Shown: positions 1-9,528 of the stretch, in pieces
Layout of the letters: each line of letters begins with the position of its first letter
Position numbering within the stretch: position 1 is the stretch's first letter
Source of the DNA: a virus
Virus record (IMG/VR): IMGVR_UViG_3300031414_000009
Coordinates: 102,152 to 166,151 of that record
DNA length: 64,000 nt
Strand: one strand, 5' to 3'
The notes under the pieces: generated by a model
Database searches by the model: none
What the model saw: the letters and a program-made list of their open reading frames with translations, nothing else
Told to the model about the DNA's origin: nothing
Translations under genes and position numbers: made by a program

Positions 1-239
1 TTTAAGGTAGTCACTGCGCCAGACAAACAGATCTGGATGACAGAACCATCTTCGATTTCGTGGTCGATCGTCAACACGTCAGAAGGTTCCTGTTTGTAGA
101 AACCACTCACATCGTGAGAGCCTAAACTACGGATGAGTTTGATGGCCCGCGCCTTGTCAACCTGATTGGATGTGCTACCCGCTTTGAGATGCATCAACAA
201 GCTAGTTGGCAGAGCTACTACAAGTTTCTGTTCGAACAT
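1..239 (-). CDS. hypothetical protein (partial, runs off window start), paralog of 920..1180
   Basis: Hand translation MFEQKLVVALPTSLLMHLKAGSTSNQVDKARAIKLIRSLGSHDVSGFYKQEPSDVLTIDHEIEDGSVIQICLSGAVTTL; ATG immediately follows the stop of 242..877. Confidence 0.7.
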   Translation of the reverse strand, partial: MFEQKLVVALPTSLLMHLKAGSTSNQVDKARAIKLIRSLGSHDVSGFYKQEPSDVLTIDHEIEDGSVIQICLSGAVTTL

Positions 240-241
240 GA

Positions 242-877
242 TTAAACCGCTTCCTTTAAAGTGACGACGTTTTGACGACCAGTCAATACTACCTTGACCG
301 GTATATCCAATATACGTTCAACAGACACAGCGTACGCATCTGTTGGTATATCCAGTTTGTTGGAGGTTATATCCTCCAGTGATGTATAGTTGCTCAGGTC
401 AGCAACTTCGATTTCGTGCTGCTGCTTAGTGATGAACATCGAGCCACTGCGATGAGTCAGAACCACCTCACGAACAGGACCCAGGTTAGAGATGCCTTCA
501 TCAGCACAACGGCGAATGATTGCTTCGTAGTGCTCTGGGTTGGACAGATGCATCTTCCGCAACCAGTCTACGTAAGTACGGTTAACATCGTTGGTGCAAT
601 CGCGTGCATTCAGATGTGCATAGATAAGCTGAACCATTAATTGTTGGAGTTGTTCTTTCTGCTCAGCCTTATCCGTGAAACTAGCCAGCACGTCTTGATA
701 CATGACTTTGCTAGAGGACAACATCATTTCATCGAGGTTGGTTTCTGTGTTCGACATGGTTGTTTCCTTTTTCTCTGGCTGAGTAGTTTCTGCTTTATCT
801 TTAGTACACCAGTAAACGACACCGGCCATTGCTATACCAACGACTGCGCTGCCGATTACTAAAGTTTTAGTGTTCAT
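242..877 (-). CDS. hypothetical protein with N-terminal membrane anchor
   Basis: 211 aa ORF, hydrophobic LVIGSAVVGIAMAGVVYW at N-terminus. Confidence 0.8.
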   Translation of the reverse strand: MNTKTLVIGSAVVGIAMAGVVYWCTKDKAETTQPEKKETTMSNTETNLDEMMLSSSKVMYQDVLASFTDKAEQKEQLQQLMVQLIYAHLNARDCTNDVNRTYVDWLRKMHLSNPEHYEAIIRRCADEGISNLGPVREVVLTHRSGSMFITKQQHEIEVADLSNYTSLEDITSNKLDIPTDAYAVSVERILDIPVKVVLTGRQNVVTLKEAV

Positions 878-919
878 TTGGTGTGCCTTATAAAAGTGGG
901 TTGACCATCCGGTCAGGTC

Positions 920-1180
920 TTATGCTTCAACAACAGTTAATACAATTTTAGAACCAGCAAAGCTAGCGGCTACAACTTTATCACCGTCTACTTCACATTC
1001 CATACAAACAGTGGGTGAGTCGTCCTGGGACAAGAGGTCGTTGACGTTCGTACCCAGCGACCAGATGAAAAGCGCATTGCGCAGTTTGCTCTTGTCAATG
1101 ATTGGATTACCAGGCTGACGAAATTGCAGTTCTTTTACCAGACCAGTTAAGTTCTTTACTTTGATTGTACGAGTTGTCAT
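920..1180 (-). CDS. hypothetical protein (86 aa)
   Basis: Start reassigned to MTTRTIK (GAGAA upstream); the longer ORF call overlaps the upstream gene and its hairpin. Confidence 0.7.
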   Translation of the reverse strand: MTTRTIKVKNLTGLVKELQFRQPGNPIIDKSKLRNALFIWSLGTNVNDLLSQDDSPTVCMECEVDGDKVVAASFAGSKIVLTVVEA

Positions 1181-1210
1181 GATTATGTTCTCAGTTGGGT
1201 ATAATGAAAG

Positions 1211-1230
1211 AGAGAGGGCGAACCCTCTCT
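1211..1230 (-). terminator. UUCG-loop hairpin, probable terminator
   Basis: AGAGAGGG-TTCG-CCCTCTCT on minus strand, followed by CTTTCATT. Confidence 0.6.
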
Positions 1231-1235
1231 CAGAT

Positions 1236-1871
1236 TTAGAACTCATTCGCTGCACGTTCGATGTCTTCCGGTGACATGTAGTTAGTACACATATCTGGCA
1301 GAGCACGATGTAGTTCAGCGGCCACCGCTTGACGCATGTCGCCATCACGTACGCCAGTGAGTAGTTGCTCCACGCGATTGACGATTATCCCTGCTGCGGT
1401 CTCCGCATCTTCTTTACCTAAAGATGCATCGATAGCACGATAGTCATCCATGACCTCGACGCTGTCAGTGTAGCCAGAGAACTGTTGTCCATAATAGCTG
1501 GCTGAACCGCCAACCTCGCTACCGCCCCAGCAGCGTTCTTCCATTGCGAGGTGTACTACAGAGTCAGGACTTGCTTCTACGATCTTAGCGATATCCATGA
1601 CACTTAGGTTATCACTTATGCCACCTTCCGCAATAACCTCACCGCCCGCAGAGATGGTAACGTCTTGCCCATCCGTAACAACCGTTACCCATGGACGATT
1701 TTCCAGCTGCTCAGCCACCGTCTCGTAGTCAGGCAATGATTGTTCATCCAGACTGAGTCGTGTATGGTCAGGCATTAGCGTGACTTCCATACCGTCGATC
1801 AGTCCAGCGACGTCGGCGGACACGCCATTAACTTCGATGTGTCCTTTTACGTCATAGTAGTCGTGAGACAT
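1236..1871 (-). CDS. acidic hypothetical protein
   Basis: 211 aa ORF with AAGGAG RBS. Confidence 0.8.
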   Translation of the reverse strand: MSHDYYDVKGHIEVNGVSADVAGLIDGMEVTLMPDHTRLSLDEQSLPDYETVAEQLENRPWVTVVTDGQDVTISAGGEVIAEGGISDNLSVMDIAKIVEASPDSVVHLAMEERCWGGSEVGGSASYYGQQFSGYTDSVEVMDDYRAIDASLGKEDAETAAGIIVNRVEQLLTGVRDGDMRQAVAAELHRALPDMCTNYMSPEDIERAANEF

Positions 1872-1880
1872 GTTTACTCC

Positions 1881-2324
1881 TTATCCTTTAAAGTCGAGAA
1901 GCCATTTGTAGATAGTGCTGGCAGGCAGATTACGAATATCGTCCTGGGACAGCTTTTCCATTACTGTTCTTTCGGCTACATAGAACAGCATTTGGTGCAG
2001 AGTGCCGTATTCACACGACACACGACCAATCACACAGTTAACATCCGGCACCATTTGCTGGGTGTTGTTGAACCAGTAAACGACACCGAGTAACACATTC
2101 TCTTGATCTTCGATATCAAGATGTCTGAAACGACGGTATCCACGACCCCAGTGACAATCGCTCATGTTGGAGATATAGCGATGACGTTGTGGTAGGTGAT
2201 GTGCATTTGCAGTGATGGTGGCTAACTGATCGCTGGTCAACAAACCAGGACGGTTGATATAATACGCAGTAATGAAGATCGCGGCTGCTAATACGATTGA
2301 TACTACCCAGATGTTGTCAAACAT
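1881..2324 (-). CDS. hypothetical protein with N-terminal TM helix
   Basis: IWVVSIVLAAAIFITAYYI; AAGGAA RBS. Confidence 0.8.
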   Translation of the reverse strand: MFDNIWVVSIVLAAAIFITAYYINRPGLLTSDQLATITANAHHLPQRHRYISNMSDCHWGRGYRRFRHLDIEDQENVLLGVVYWFNNTQQMVPDVNCVIGRVSCEYGTLHQMLFYVAERTVMEKLSQDDIRNLPASTIYKWLLDFKG

Positions 2325-2355
2325 AATCGTGTTCCTTAAAGAAGTAGGTTAGCGT

Positions 2356-2958
2356 CTACAGACGCAAGAGTTTATTGAAGTTAAAGTTTGGGTATTTCTT
2401 TACAGCTACACTCAGGTTATCGCTGAGTGGTACACGGTTATACAATAACCACGCAGCCAGCACCAGTTCTACGGTTCGATCTCCTTCCGGGAATGGAATG
2501 GGAGTAATGCGAGTTGCGTTGATGCGTTTCAGTTGTTCCTCTTTTGGTACCTGCGAACATTCAGGGCATGGCACATACCCAGTTCCGTTCCAAACTGACT
2601 TACGTTCAATTTCGAACGACATCATGTTACGGTTGTGGTACCAGCTAACACAACACTCAGGGTAACCGAACATTGCCCCAGGTCTGTGTTGCGGTATGTC
2701 ACCGAGATCGTATACATCTACGAAATGCTCATCGGTGTGGAAACGAAGTTTATTGCCGACGACAGTTACTTTACAGTCCACAATGAATCGTGGGTCGTGA
2801 CGCAGCAGCTCTACCATAATGGAAGGGTCGTAGCAGTCACTGATAACCTGTGTGATAAAGACATGTTTATGCCACAGGGTATCGAAGGCACCGCCCGAAA
2901 GATAGGACGATGTGTCGATATGATCTTTTACGGTATAGCAAGCCACGGCGAGTTGCAT
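2356..2958 (-). CDS. Cys-rich hypothetical protein, DUF483-like motif
   Basis: GAMFGYPECC and VPCPEC motifs; AGGAGG RBS. Confidence 0.7.
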   Translation of the reverse strand: MQLAVACYTVKDHIDTSSYLSGGAFDTLWHKHVFITQVISDCYDPSIMVELLRHDPRFIVDCKVTVVGNKLRFHTDEHFVDVYDLGDIPQHRPGAMFGYPECCVSWYHNRNMMSFEIERKSVWNGTGYVPCPECSQVPKEEQLKRINATRITPIPFPEGDRTVELVLAAWLLYNRVPLSDNLSVAVKKYPNFNFNKLLRL

Positions 2959-2967
2959 AGGACCTCC

Positions 2968-3165
2968 TTACTCTAGTATTTTGCTTTTGATGTAATGTCC
3001 CACAGCGAAAGTAGTAAGCGCCACACCAAGTCCTGAAAAGAAGCAGGTCTTATCGCACTCGCCACGTACTTCAGCTACGGCATGCATGGTAACGGCTGCC
3101 GCAGTACCAGCAATGGCATTGATTGCGTTATCGATCAGGAACTCAGCGATAGGGTTAGTTTTCAT
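2968..3165 (-). CDS. small two-TM membrane protein
   Basis: 65 aa, two Ala/Gly-rich hydrophobic segments. Confidence 0.7.
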   Translation of the reverse strand: MKTNPIAEFLIDNAINAIAGTAAAVTMHAVAEVRGECDKTCFFSGLGVALTTFAVGHYIKSKILE

Positions 3166-3176
3166 TTCGGTGGACC

Positions 3177-3365
3177 TTATTTAAATAAACAGATTGTGCC
3201 TGCAACCAGTACAGACATTCCGCATGCAGCACCGACACCCATTGCGTCAGCGGCTTCTTGTGTGACATCTGGATCGTTCATCGCACCTTCACGAATGAGG
3301 AATCCAGTTATTGCACCAGCGGCTAAACCGATGGCAATTGCGTTCTCTTTTAAGAAGTCTCCCAT
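3177..3365 (-). CDS. small two-TM membrane protein
   Basis: 62 aa, AIAIGLAAGAITGFLI and GVGAACGMSVLVAGTICLF; GAGG RBS; first gene after early promoter motif. Confidence 0.7.
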   Translation of the reverse strand: MGDFLKENAIAIGLAAGAITGFLIREGAMNDPDVTQEAADAMGVGAACGMSVLVAGTICLFK

Positions 3366-3394
3366 TGGATCATCCTCTCTATTGATTCACCGGA

Positions 3395-3413
3395 GTATTA
3401 TATATCTGAAAAT
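3395..3413 (-). promoter_or_regulatory. putative early (virion RNAP) promoter
   Basis: ATTTTCAGATATATAATAC on minus strand; resembles phiKZ early consensus TATATTAC; one of 6 copies. Confidence 0.65.
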
Positions 3414-3434
3414 CTGCTGAAACGTCGCAGATCT

Positions 3435-3438
3435 TATG
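3435..3438 (+). promoter_or_regulatory. putative late promoter TATG
   Basis: CTTATGTT about 45 nt upstream of the structural array; phiKZ late consensus is TATG (short motif, weak evidence). Confidence 0.35.
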
Positions 3439-3483
3439 TTGCACTATCTATAACTCCCTGCCATTAAATAGGAAGGGTCACGC

Positions 3484-4293
3484 ATGAGTATGTACAAAAA
3501 AGGCTCCACCGATACGGTATTGGAAGCCATCAACACAGAAAACGCCATTGCCGTTAACCCGCTTTCACTTAAGAATGTGGGGTTCGGTATTCCTATGGCT
3601 GTTAGCACACCGGGTGCTTCACAGAACGCTCGTGTGCGCATATATGGACTTATGCGACAGGGGTATCAGGGCACAGTCGATATTGAATATCGTCGGCTGG
3701 CACTAGAGTCTCTTTTTGAGAACCAAACTCTCTTAGTTCAGTTTAGCGGAGCTAAATCACTGAACGACCTTTTACCTGCAATCAATGCCACGTACGCAAC
3801 TAACTTTGAGAAAGGGGATGTTGTAAACGTGGACGTGTCTACACTAGGTGATGATTACATCGTTACGCTAGAGACCGCCGCTAGTTGTTTGATGTGGTCA
3901 GGGGCAGTAGACATTCGTGTTGTAAAAGCACGACCAGCATTAGGATCATTGATTCTACAGCAGAAGATGGCCATCGTCACTGAGCCATTCCCTGTCTCTG
4001 GCGCTAAGCGACTGGAGTATGTCGGCTGGGGATATAACTTCGCCGAAGCGGCTACCGAACTACTCAAGTACAACGGTAAAAGCGCAGACGCATCACTTGT
4101 TAGTGTTATTAATGGTGTTGTGGATTTAGGGTTGGTCTTTACAACCGCTGGTTCCGTGCAGAAAGGACAAGTTAACCTTACTGGTGCGACATGTGCTGTT
4201 GTAACGGCAGACGGCTTCACGACGCTTGAAATCAAGAACATTCAAAGTAACGAATGGGTCGGAACACTAATCATCCCTTGGGTGGTGGAGTAG
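3484..4293 (+). CDS. virion structural protein, tail/baseplate paralog family (phiKZ gp131-135-like), copy 1
   Basis: Family motifs: N-terminal Y-K..L..IN..N, YQGTVDIEYRRL, AINATY. Confidence 0.75.
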   Translation: MSMYKKGSTDTVLEAINTENAIAVNPLSLKNVGFGIPMAVSTPGASQNARVRIYGLMRQGYQGTVDIEYRRLALESLFENQTLLVQFSGAKSLNDLLPAINATYATNFEKGDVVNVDVSTLGDDYIVTLETAASCLMWSGAVDIRVVKARPALGSLILQQKMAIVTEPFPVSGAKRLEYVGWGYNFAEAATELLKYNGKSADASLVSVINGVVDLGLVFTTAGSVQKGQVNLTGATCAVVTADGFTTLEIKNIQSNEWVGTLIIPWVVE

Positions 4294-4296
4294 CCT

Positions 4297-5139
4297 ATGT
4301 TTCTTTATCCGAACGGGAAGCAGTTTATCATCAACTACCTTAACAAGACGAATAAAACCAGCCTGGCTCCTCAGGAGTATATCTGGTTGGGTCCTCGCGC
4401 GTTAACGGACGATGAGAAGACTGCTTTCCCTACCTGCGATACTGCGGTGCAAATTAAGTCTAGTGCGGACGCTAAGACTTACGGAAATCTGGATTTGTAT
4501 TACACTCGATATGACATTTCCAAGTTCCTCGGCATTGGTACAGAGAACGACATTGAGTTACCTATTTCTCCGATCACCGTGAGCAGTAACTACGAATGTT
4601 TAGGTTCTCTCTATCAGTTCCTGGGCATCGAGTTGACAAAGGACGAAGTCAAGCTCGAATCGGTGAATTGGGATAACCGCACTGCTCGCTTCGAGTTGCT
4701 ACCGAACTCACTGCTGTGGTTCGGCGTTCTTACTGTGCGCATCCGCCCCGGTGATAGCGTGTTATCTGACCTCGTCGGTAACAATGAAACCTCAACGATG
4801 TTCAGTTATCCAAACTTCAACACCAATAATGGCCAAGGGCCGATTTATGCCTATGGTGTTAACTTCACCGAGGCTATGCGTCCATACGCTGGCAAAGGGT
4901 TAGACATTAAGCCTGCTGACTTAATGGGTATCCTGGCTACGACAGGCGATCCTTGGACTCTGTTCCGTTCTCCGAGCAACTGGAACTTGTTCGAATCGGA
5001 AGTGATTTACAACGGACCAAATAGCTCCGATTTTCCAACCGACCCGTTCTATGAGAATGTGTGTGTTGTAAAGCTGGCGCTCTATTGCACCAACCTTGCT
5101 GGAACATTGTATATCCAGTATAACTCAACAAGCCTGTAA
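4297..5139 (+). CDS. virion structural protein, paralog copy 2
   Basis: YGNLDLYYTRY, YP...GPIYAYG, C-terminal GTLYIQYN. Confidence 0.75.
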   Translation: MFLYPNGKQFIINYLNKTNKTSLAPQEYIWLGPRALTDDEKTAFPTCDTAVQIKSSADAKTYGNLDLYYTRYDISKFLGIGTENDIELPISPITVSSNYECLGSLYQFLGIELTKDEVKLESVNWDNRTARFELLPNSLLWFGVLTVRIRPGDSVLSDLVGNNETSTMFSYPNFNTNNGQGPIYAYGVNFTEAMRPYAGKGLDIKPADLMGILATTGDPWTLFRSPSNWNLFESEVIYNGPNSSDFPTDPFYENVCVVKLALYCTNLAGTLYIQYNSTSL

Positions 5140-5150
5140 GGATTTGACAA

Positions 5151-6026
5151 ATGGGTAAGTATAACAAACCATCCGATGTTCTGGTTCTCGACCTGATCAA
5201 TGAAACCAACACTGATCCAAGCACCAGCGTGAGCATCAACATTAATAGCAGCCAGGTAGTATTCGGTAAGCCATCTGTTGTTGCAGCCGGTGAGGGTATC
5301 GACTGGAATACTCTCCTGCGTTGCACGGCTACTCGTAGCTCTCCGTACGTAGGTAGCGTAGATCTGCAATACAACCGTTTGAACATTACCAAACTGTTCA
5401 AAAATATCGCCGTTAACCTTGACGTTAAAGGTGCTACCAAAACCAGCGATCTGCTGGCGCGTCTGAATGCGCGCTATGGTCTGAGCATCGATGCGAAAGA
5501 AGTCGTTGAAAATACTGTAGCGACTCGCGATACCGACCATCCTGTCGTTACCCACACTATCGTTATCGCAGATACATCTCTGGCGTATACCGGTACTCTG
5601 GATGTCACCATCGGTGAAGATGCTGATGTCGGTGAGCGTCTGAACTTGGTCATCACCAAACCGAAGTTGGATGGTCTGCACTATCCAGTTGATGACACTG
5701 AGAAAGGCCAGGCTTACGTCTATTCCTACGGTGTGGACTGCAACGCCATCCGCGTGTTCCTCCAGACACTGGTTGCTGGGGTAGCTGTGGATGACACCGC
5801 GTTAGCCAAAGAGCTGAACAAAGTTGTCCCTGAGCTGTGGGTTGCTGATTCCACCAAAGCACTGGACTACAACGTGAACGGCGCAACAGTTATCTTCTCT
5901 GGCGCTACCAGCGATCCAGATGCTGTTGACGCAAACACTGCGTTCAGTAAAGTTGTGATCGTTCGTCTGGATGACACTAAGTGCTCTAACTTCGCTGGCG
6001 ATCTGTACCTGCATTTCAACGCGTAA
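5151..6026 (+). CDS. virion structural protein, paralog copy 3
   Basis: YVGSVDLQYNRL, GLHYP...AYVYSYG, GDLYLHFN; followed by a hairpin terminator. Confidence 0.8.
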   Translation: MGKYNKPSDVLVLDLINETNTDPSTSVSININSSQVVFGKPSVVAAGEGIDWNTLLRCTATRSSPYVGSVDLQYNRLNITKLFKNIAVNLDVKGATKTSDLLARLNARYGLSIDAKEVVENTVATRDTDHPVVTHTIVIADTSLAYTGTLDVTIGEDADVGERLNLVITKPKLDGLHYPVDDTEKGQAYVYSYGVDCNAIRVFLQTLVAGVAVDDTALAKELNKVVPELWVADSTKALDYNVNGATVIFSGATSDPDAVDANTAFSKVVIVRLDDTKCSNFAGDLYLHFNA

Positions 6027-6033
6027 CTGCAAT

Positions 6034-6049
6034 GGGGACTTCGGTCCCC
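6034..6049 (+). terminator. GGGGAC-TTCG-GTCCCC hairpin
   Basis: Perfect 6-bp stem with UUCG tetraloop; same hairpin at 25977 (minus) and 38565. Confidence 0.65.
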
Positions 6050-6064
6050 ATAGAGGGGTAACGA

Positions 6065-6862
6065 ATGCCTATTTACAATAAGTCACCCTTGGGGCTTTTG
6101 TGCGATGAAATAAACGCGCGTCAAACTCCAAAGCTGCCCCTGTCGCCAACCAACGTACGTGTTCGTAAGGTGGAGGCCATTACCGCAAGGGATATCACCA
6201 AACCCAATGCTAAGGTCACACTGGTAGGTAGACAATCTCACGGCATTACAGGCGAGTTAACGGTATTGGTTAGGCGCATTGCGCTGGCCACTCTCTTTAA
6301 GAACCTGAAGCCGATTGTTATTGCTTCGCGTAACATCACGTTCGCTGAGGCGGCGCGACTACTTAATGTTCAGTACGGATTGAATCTCGACCCAGCGGAC
6401 TTCAGAGACGATATCTATACCGGACGCCCTAACTTTAACTTAACTCCAGGTGCAAACTCGTTACAGTACTACGGGTCGGTTACTATCAAGATTGTCGACA
6501 TGATAAAGGATCTGGGCTATCTCAGGTCACTTCAGATCGATGAGCGCAAACACCCAGTTGCTGTGGATGGGCGCAAGTGCATCGACATGTTATCTTGGGG
6601 TTGGGATAATACGGATATCCGATCGTACATTACGGCTATTCCGGCAGGTAAGCTCTCGAACACCACGGCAGTCAGCTCATTACTTAGTGAGTTAAAGGAT
6701 GCACGCGGAATAACTATCAACGTAACGGGTGCAACCATACGCCACTACAATCCCATCGGCGGGTTAGCGACAGCGAATATGATTTACGATCGAGTTAGTA
6801 TCATCAGCGGTATTGACGATCCAAACTACGCTGGCACCATGTATCTTCACTTCAACGTGTAG
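6065..6862 (+). CDS. virion structural protein, paralog copy 4
   Basis: MPIYNKSPLGLLCDEIN, LNVQYGLNL, GTMYLHFN. Confidence 0.75.
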   Translation: MPIYNKSPLGLLCDEINARQTPKLPLSPTNVRVRKVEAITARDITKPNAKVTLVGRQSHGITGELTVLVRRIALATLFKNLKPIVIASRNITFAEAARLLNVQYGLNLDPADFRDDIYTGRPNFNLTPGANSLQYYGSVTIKIVDMIKDLGYLRSLQIDERKHPVAVDGRKCIDMLSWGWDNTDIRSYITAIPAGKLSNTTAVSSLLSELKDARGITINVTGATIRHYNPIGGLATANMIYDRVSIISGIDDPNYAGTMYLHFNV

Positions 6863-6872
6863 GAGCGGCAGC

Positions 6873-7748
6873 ATGCCACTTTATAACGATATTAAAACGG
6901 CGTTAATCACCAACCTTAACCAGTTGAATGGTGCGTCCGTCAGGGTTGGTGAATTAACGTTCTCCAAACCACAGCCTACCAATGGCAAATGGAATGGTAA
7001 AGACGTAACTCAGAATACCGCTGTTCGCATCACGGCTACGGCAGGAGCGTCATGGACGGGCACAACTGTACTGTTGTATAACCGTTTGAAACTCAGCGAT
7101 CTTTCCACTCTGATCGGTAACGTTGTTAAGGTCAGTAATATCGATACGGTCTGGGAGCTTATCAGTGCACTTAACTCATTCTACGGTCTGGGCTTAGACA
7201 CCACTGATTTCGTAAACGACGCCATCGCTATTAACTCTGACGGCAACGGAACTGTAGACTTAACTGCATTGCCTACAAGTCTGGGTTGGACTGGAACGTG
7301 GTCAATTGCAATTGCTAAAGGCGATGCTAACCTTCCGGATGCTGTATCCAATACCACGCTTAACGGTCTTTATTATCCTGTTTCCGAGGACATCACTAAG
7401 CGCTTGGCGCAGTCAATCTTCTACGGAAGTGACTTCACCGACGTTTATGATACTATCAAAGGTTACGCGCCAGGTAAGGTACTGGATGATGACATGTTGG
7501 CCATTATCAACGCTCACCAGTCATACGCCACCGCGACCGGTAAGTGGGTAAATGCCGCTACGCCAGCAGCGCAAAATAACCTGTACGGAACGACTGTCGT
7601 TTCTAACGGTAAAGCGAGCGAAGTACAGTACGCTAACTCAGACCGTTATGAGTTCGTTGTTGTATTGAGGCCGAGCGCGTCAACTCTCAGCGTCCGTGGT
7701 GATTTCTTGTTCCACTATAATAAACCACTCGATCCGACTGGCATCTGA
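6873..7748 (+). CDS. virion structural protein, paralog copy 5
   Basis: Start reassigned to MPLYND after AGGAG; WTGTTVLLYNRL, GLYYP, GDFLFHYN. Confidence 0.75.
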   Translation: MPLYNDIKTALITNLNQLNGASVRVGELTFSKPQPTNGKWNGKDVTQNTAVRITATAGASWTGTTVLLYNRLKLSDLSTLIGNVVKVSNIDTVWELISALNSFYGLGLDTTDFVNDAIAINSDGNGTVDLTALPTSLGWTGTWSIAIAKGDANLPDAVSNTTLNGLYYPVSEDITKRLAQSIFYGSDFTDVYDTIKGYAPGKVLDDDMLAIINAHQSYATATGKWVNAATPAAQNNLYGTTVVSNGKASEVQYANSDRYEFVVVLRPSASTLSVRGDFLFHYNKPLDPTGI

Positions 7749-7760
7749 TAAGGGGTTACG

Positions 7761-8606
7761 ATGTTCTACTCAAAGAACTCCAAGGAATTAGTCTACGACC
7801 TTATTTCGCAGGCTAACCCAAATATCCAGCCCGCTTTAACTAGCGCAAATAGTATCGTTGAGGCTGTTACTGCGGTTACACCGAGCGCGGCCAACGGGAT
7901 GCGAAATACCCAAGCCCGCGTTCGTGCCATTCAGGGTGCAGGTTATAGCGGCTCTTTCATCGTTTACTACAACCGCATTAGCTTACAACAGGTGATGTTG
8001 GTTAACGACTGGTGGAGCGGCTACACGAATGTCAGAATAGACAGCTATTCCGGTAACTCGGTGCATGCCCTTCTGCCATTGATCGCTGCGCGTTACGGCA
8101 TTAACCTCAATACCTGGGACGTAAACAACCAGAACTTGAGTACCCAAGGTATCGCAGATCGAGTTGAGCGCGTTGGGTTAGCAACAGGTGCTTCCTGTCC
8201 AGCATACACTGGTTCTGTGATCTTAGCAGTATATCGCGGTAAACCGACGTTAGAAGAACAGGCGTCAATCACAGCCCTCTCGCAAGCCCAACACTTCGAC
8301 GCCACAGCAGCTACTATCGCCGCTGGTATGAAATCGGCGGCATTGTGTACGTGGGGCCTGGACTTGACCGACAATAAGAACCTGATCAATAGCGCCAGTG
8401 CCGTATTGAGTAACTGGTCGGCACTGATGGGTGTTCTTGCTAACTACGGCGTACCACCGATGGATACACCAACATCCAACCAGATAGGTATCGTCGTACC
8501 CACAACCAACCAATATGCCAACCCTAATTTCGATCGCGTTACAATTGTTACCGGCTTAACTGGCGCTAACATCCAGGGCACCGCATACTTCCACTTTAAC
8601 CTTTAA
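7761..8606 (+). CDS. virion structural protein, paralog copy 6
   Basis: YSGSFIVYYNRI, WGLD, GTAYFHFN. Confidence 0.75.
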   Translation: MFYSKNSKELVYDLISQANPNIQPALTSANSIVEAVTAVTPSAANGMRNTQARVRAIQGAGYSGSFIVYYNRISLQQVMLVNDWWSGYTNVRIDSYSGNSVHALLPLIAARYGINLNTWDVNNQNLSTQGIADRVERVGLATGASCPAYTGSVILAVYRGKPTLEEQASITALSQAQHFDATAATIAAGMKSAALCTWGLDLTDNKNLINSASAVLSNWSALMGVLANYGVPPMDTPTSNQIGIVVPTTNQYANPNFDRVTIVTGLTGANIQGTAYFHFNL

Positions 8607-8616
8607 GGGGTAGACA

Positions 8617-9519
8617 ATGTCTGGCTTCTATCAAAAGGCATCAATTGACTTGTTGTATGATCTCATCAACAAGGACAACCCCAATCTGCCATACGTGGTG
8701 TCAGCAAACACCTTCGTAGTGCACTCTGGGCCAAAGGTCATGGACCCCGCTACAAATAACGGCCGTAACACTCAGGTGGTAATGCGTGCTGTTCCAAATG
8801 GCGGGTACCGTGGATTAGTTACCCTCAACTATAACCGCATCGATTTGGCTAGTCTGTTCAAAGACATCGAAGTGGTTATTACGCATTACACCGCAAACAC
8901 GTTTGCTACACTGTTACCGATGTTTAACTCGGTATACGGTATGGCACTGACAACCGATGAAATGCAAAACCCAAGCTGGACTAATAGCGCGGCATCTACA
9001 ACTGTCGCTATCACAACAGCCGGTGTCAAAAATACAACCGCGTCGTTAGCGTTCATCGGGACTATTCCTAAGTTCACGTGGAAACGCGGCAACCCAAGTT
9101 TAGAGACTTTGATCACTCGTCCTGAACCAAAGATGTTGATGCCCGCAATTCTTACCGACGGGGCAGATTTTTCGCAACGCTATCGCGGCATGGATTTTAC
9201 ATCAATACGTGCTGAACTTCTGGCTGTTAACAGCGCTAACAGTGCACCAGCGTGGACGGCACTCGCAGCCAAGTTGAAAGAAGTTACTGGCGATTCCTGG
9301 ACGTATGTTGGCACCAGCAACATCCCTTTTAACCTCTACTTTGCATCCCTGTACCTGACTTCAGTTCCGGGTGGACCGAGTGCAGTAGACACCGCAGACT
9401 ACTGGTACACCGACTGCACACATTTCGCACGTATCACGCTTAATGTTCAGTTCAACGGCACAGCCCGCAACGGTGGTAACGGGTTAGCCTCGTACCTTCT
9501 GTTGCCGTACAACGGATAA
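8617..9519 (+). CDS. virion structural protein, paralog copy 7
   Basis: LLYDLINKDN, YRGLVTLNYNRI, ends LLPYNG. Confidence 0.75.
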   Translation: MSGFYQKASIDLLYDLINKDNPNLPYVVSANTFVVHSGPKVMDPATNNGRNTQVVMRAVPNGGYRGLVTLNYNRIDLASLFKDIEVVITHYTANTFATLLPMFNSVYGMALTTDEMQNPSWTNSAASTTVAITTAGVKNTTASLAFIGTIPKFTWKRGNPSLETLITRPEPKMLMPAILTDGADFSQRYRGMDFTSIRAELLAVNSANSAPAWTALAAKLKEVTGDSWTYVGTSNIPFNLYFASLYLTSVPGGPSAVDTADYWYTDCTHFARITLNVQFNGTARNGGNGLASYLLLPYNG

Positions 9520-9528
9520 GGACCCATC

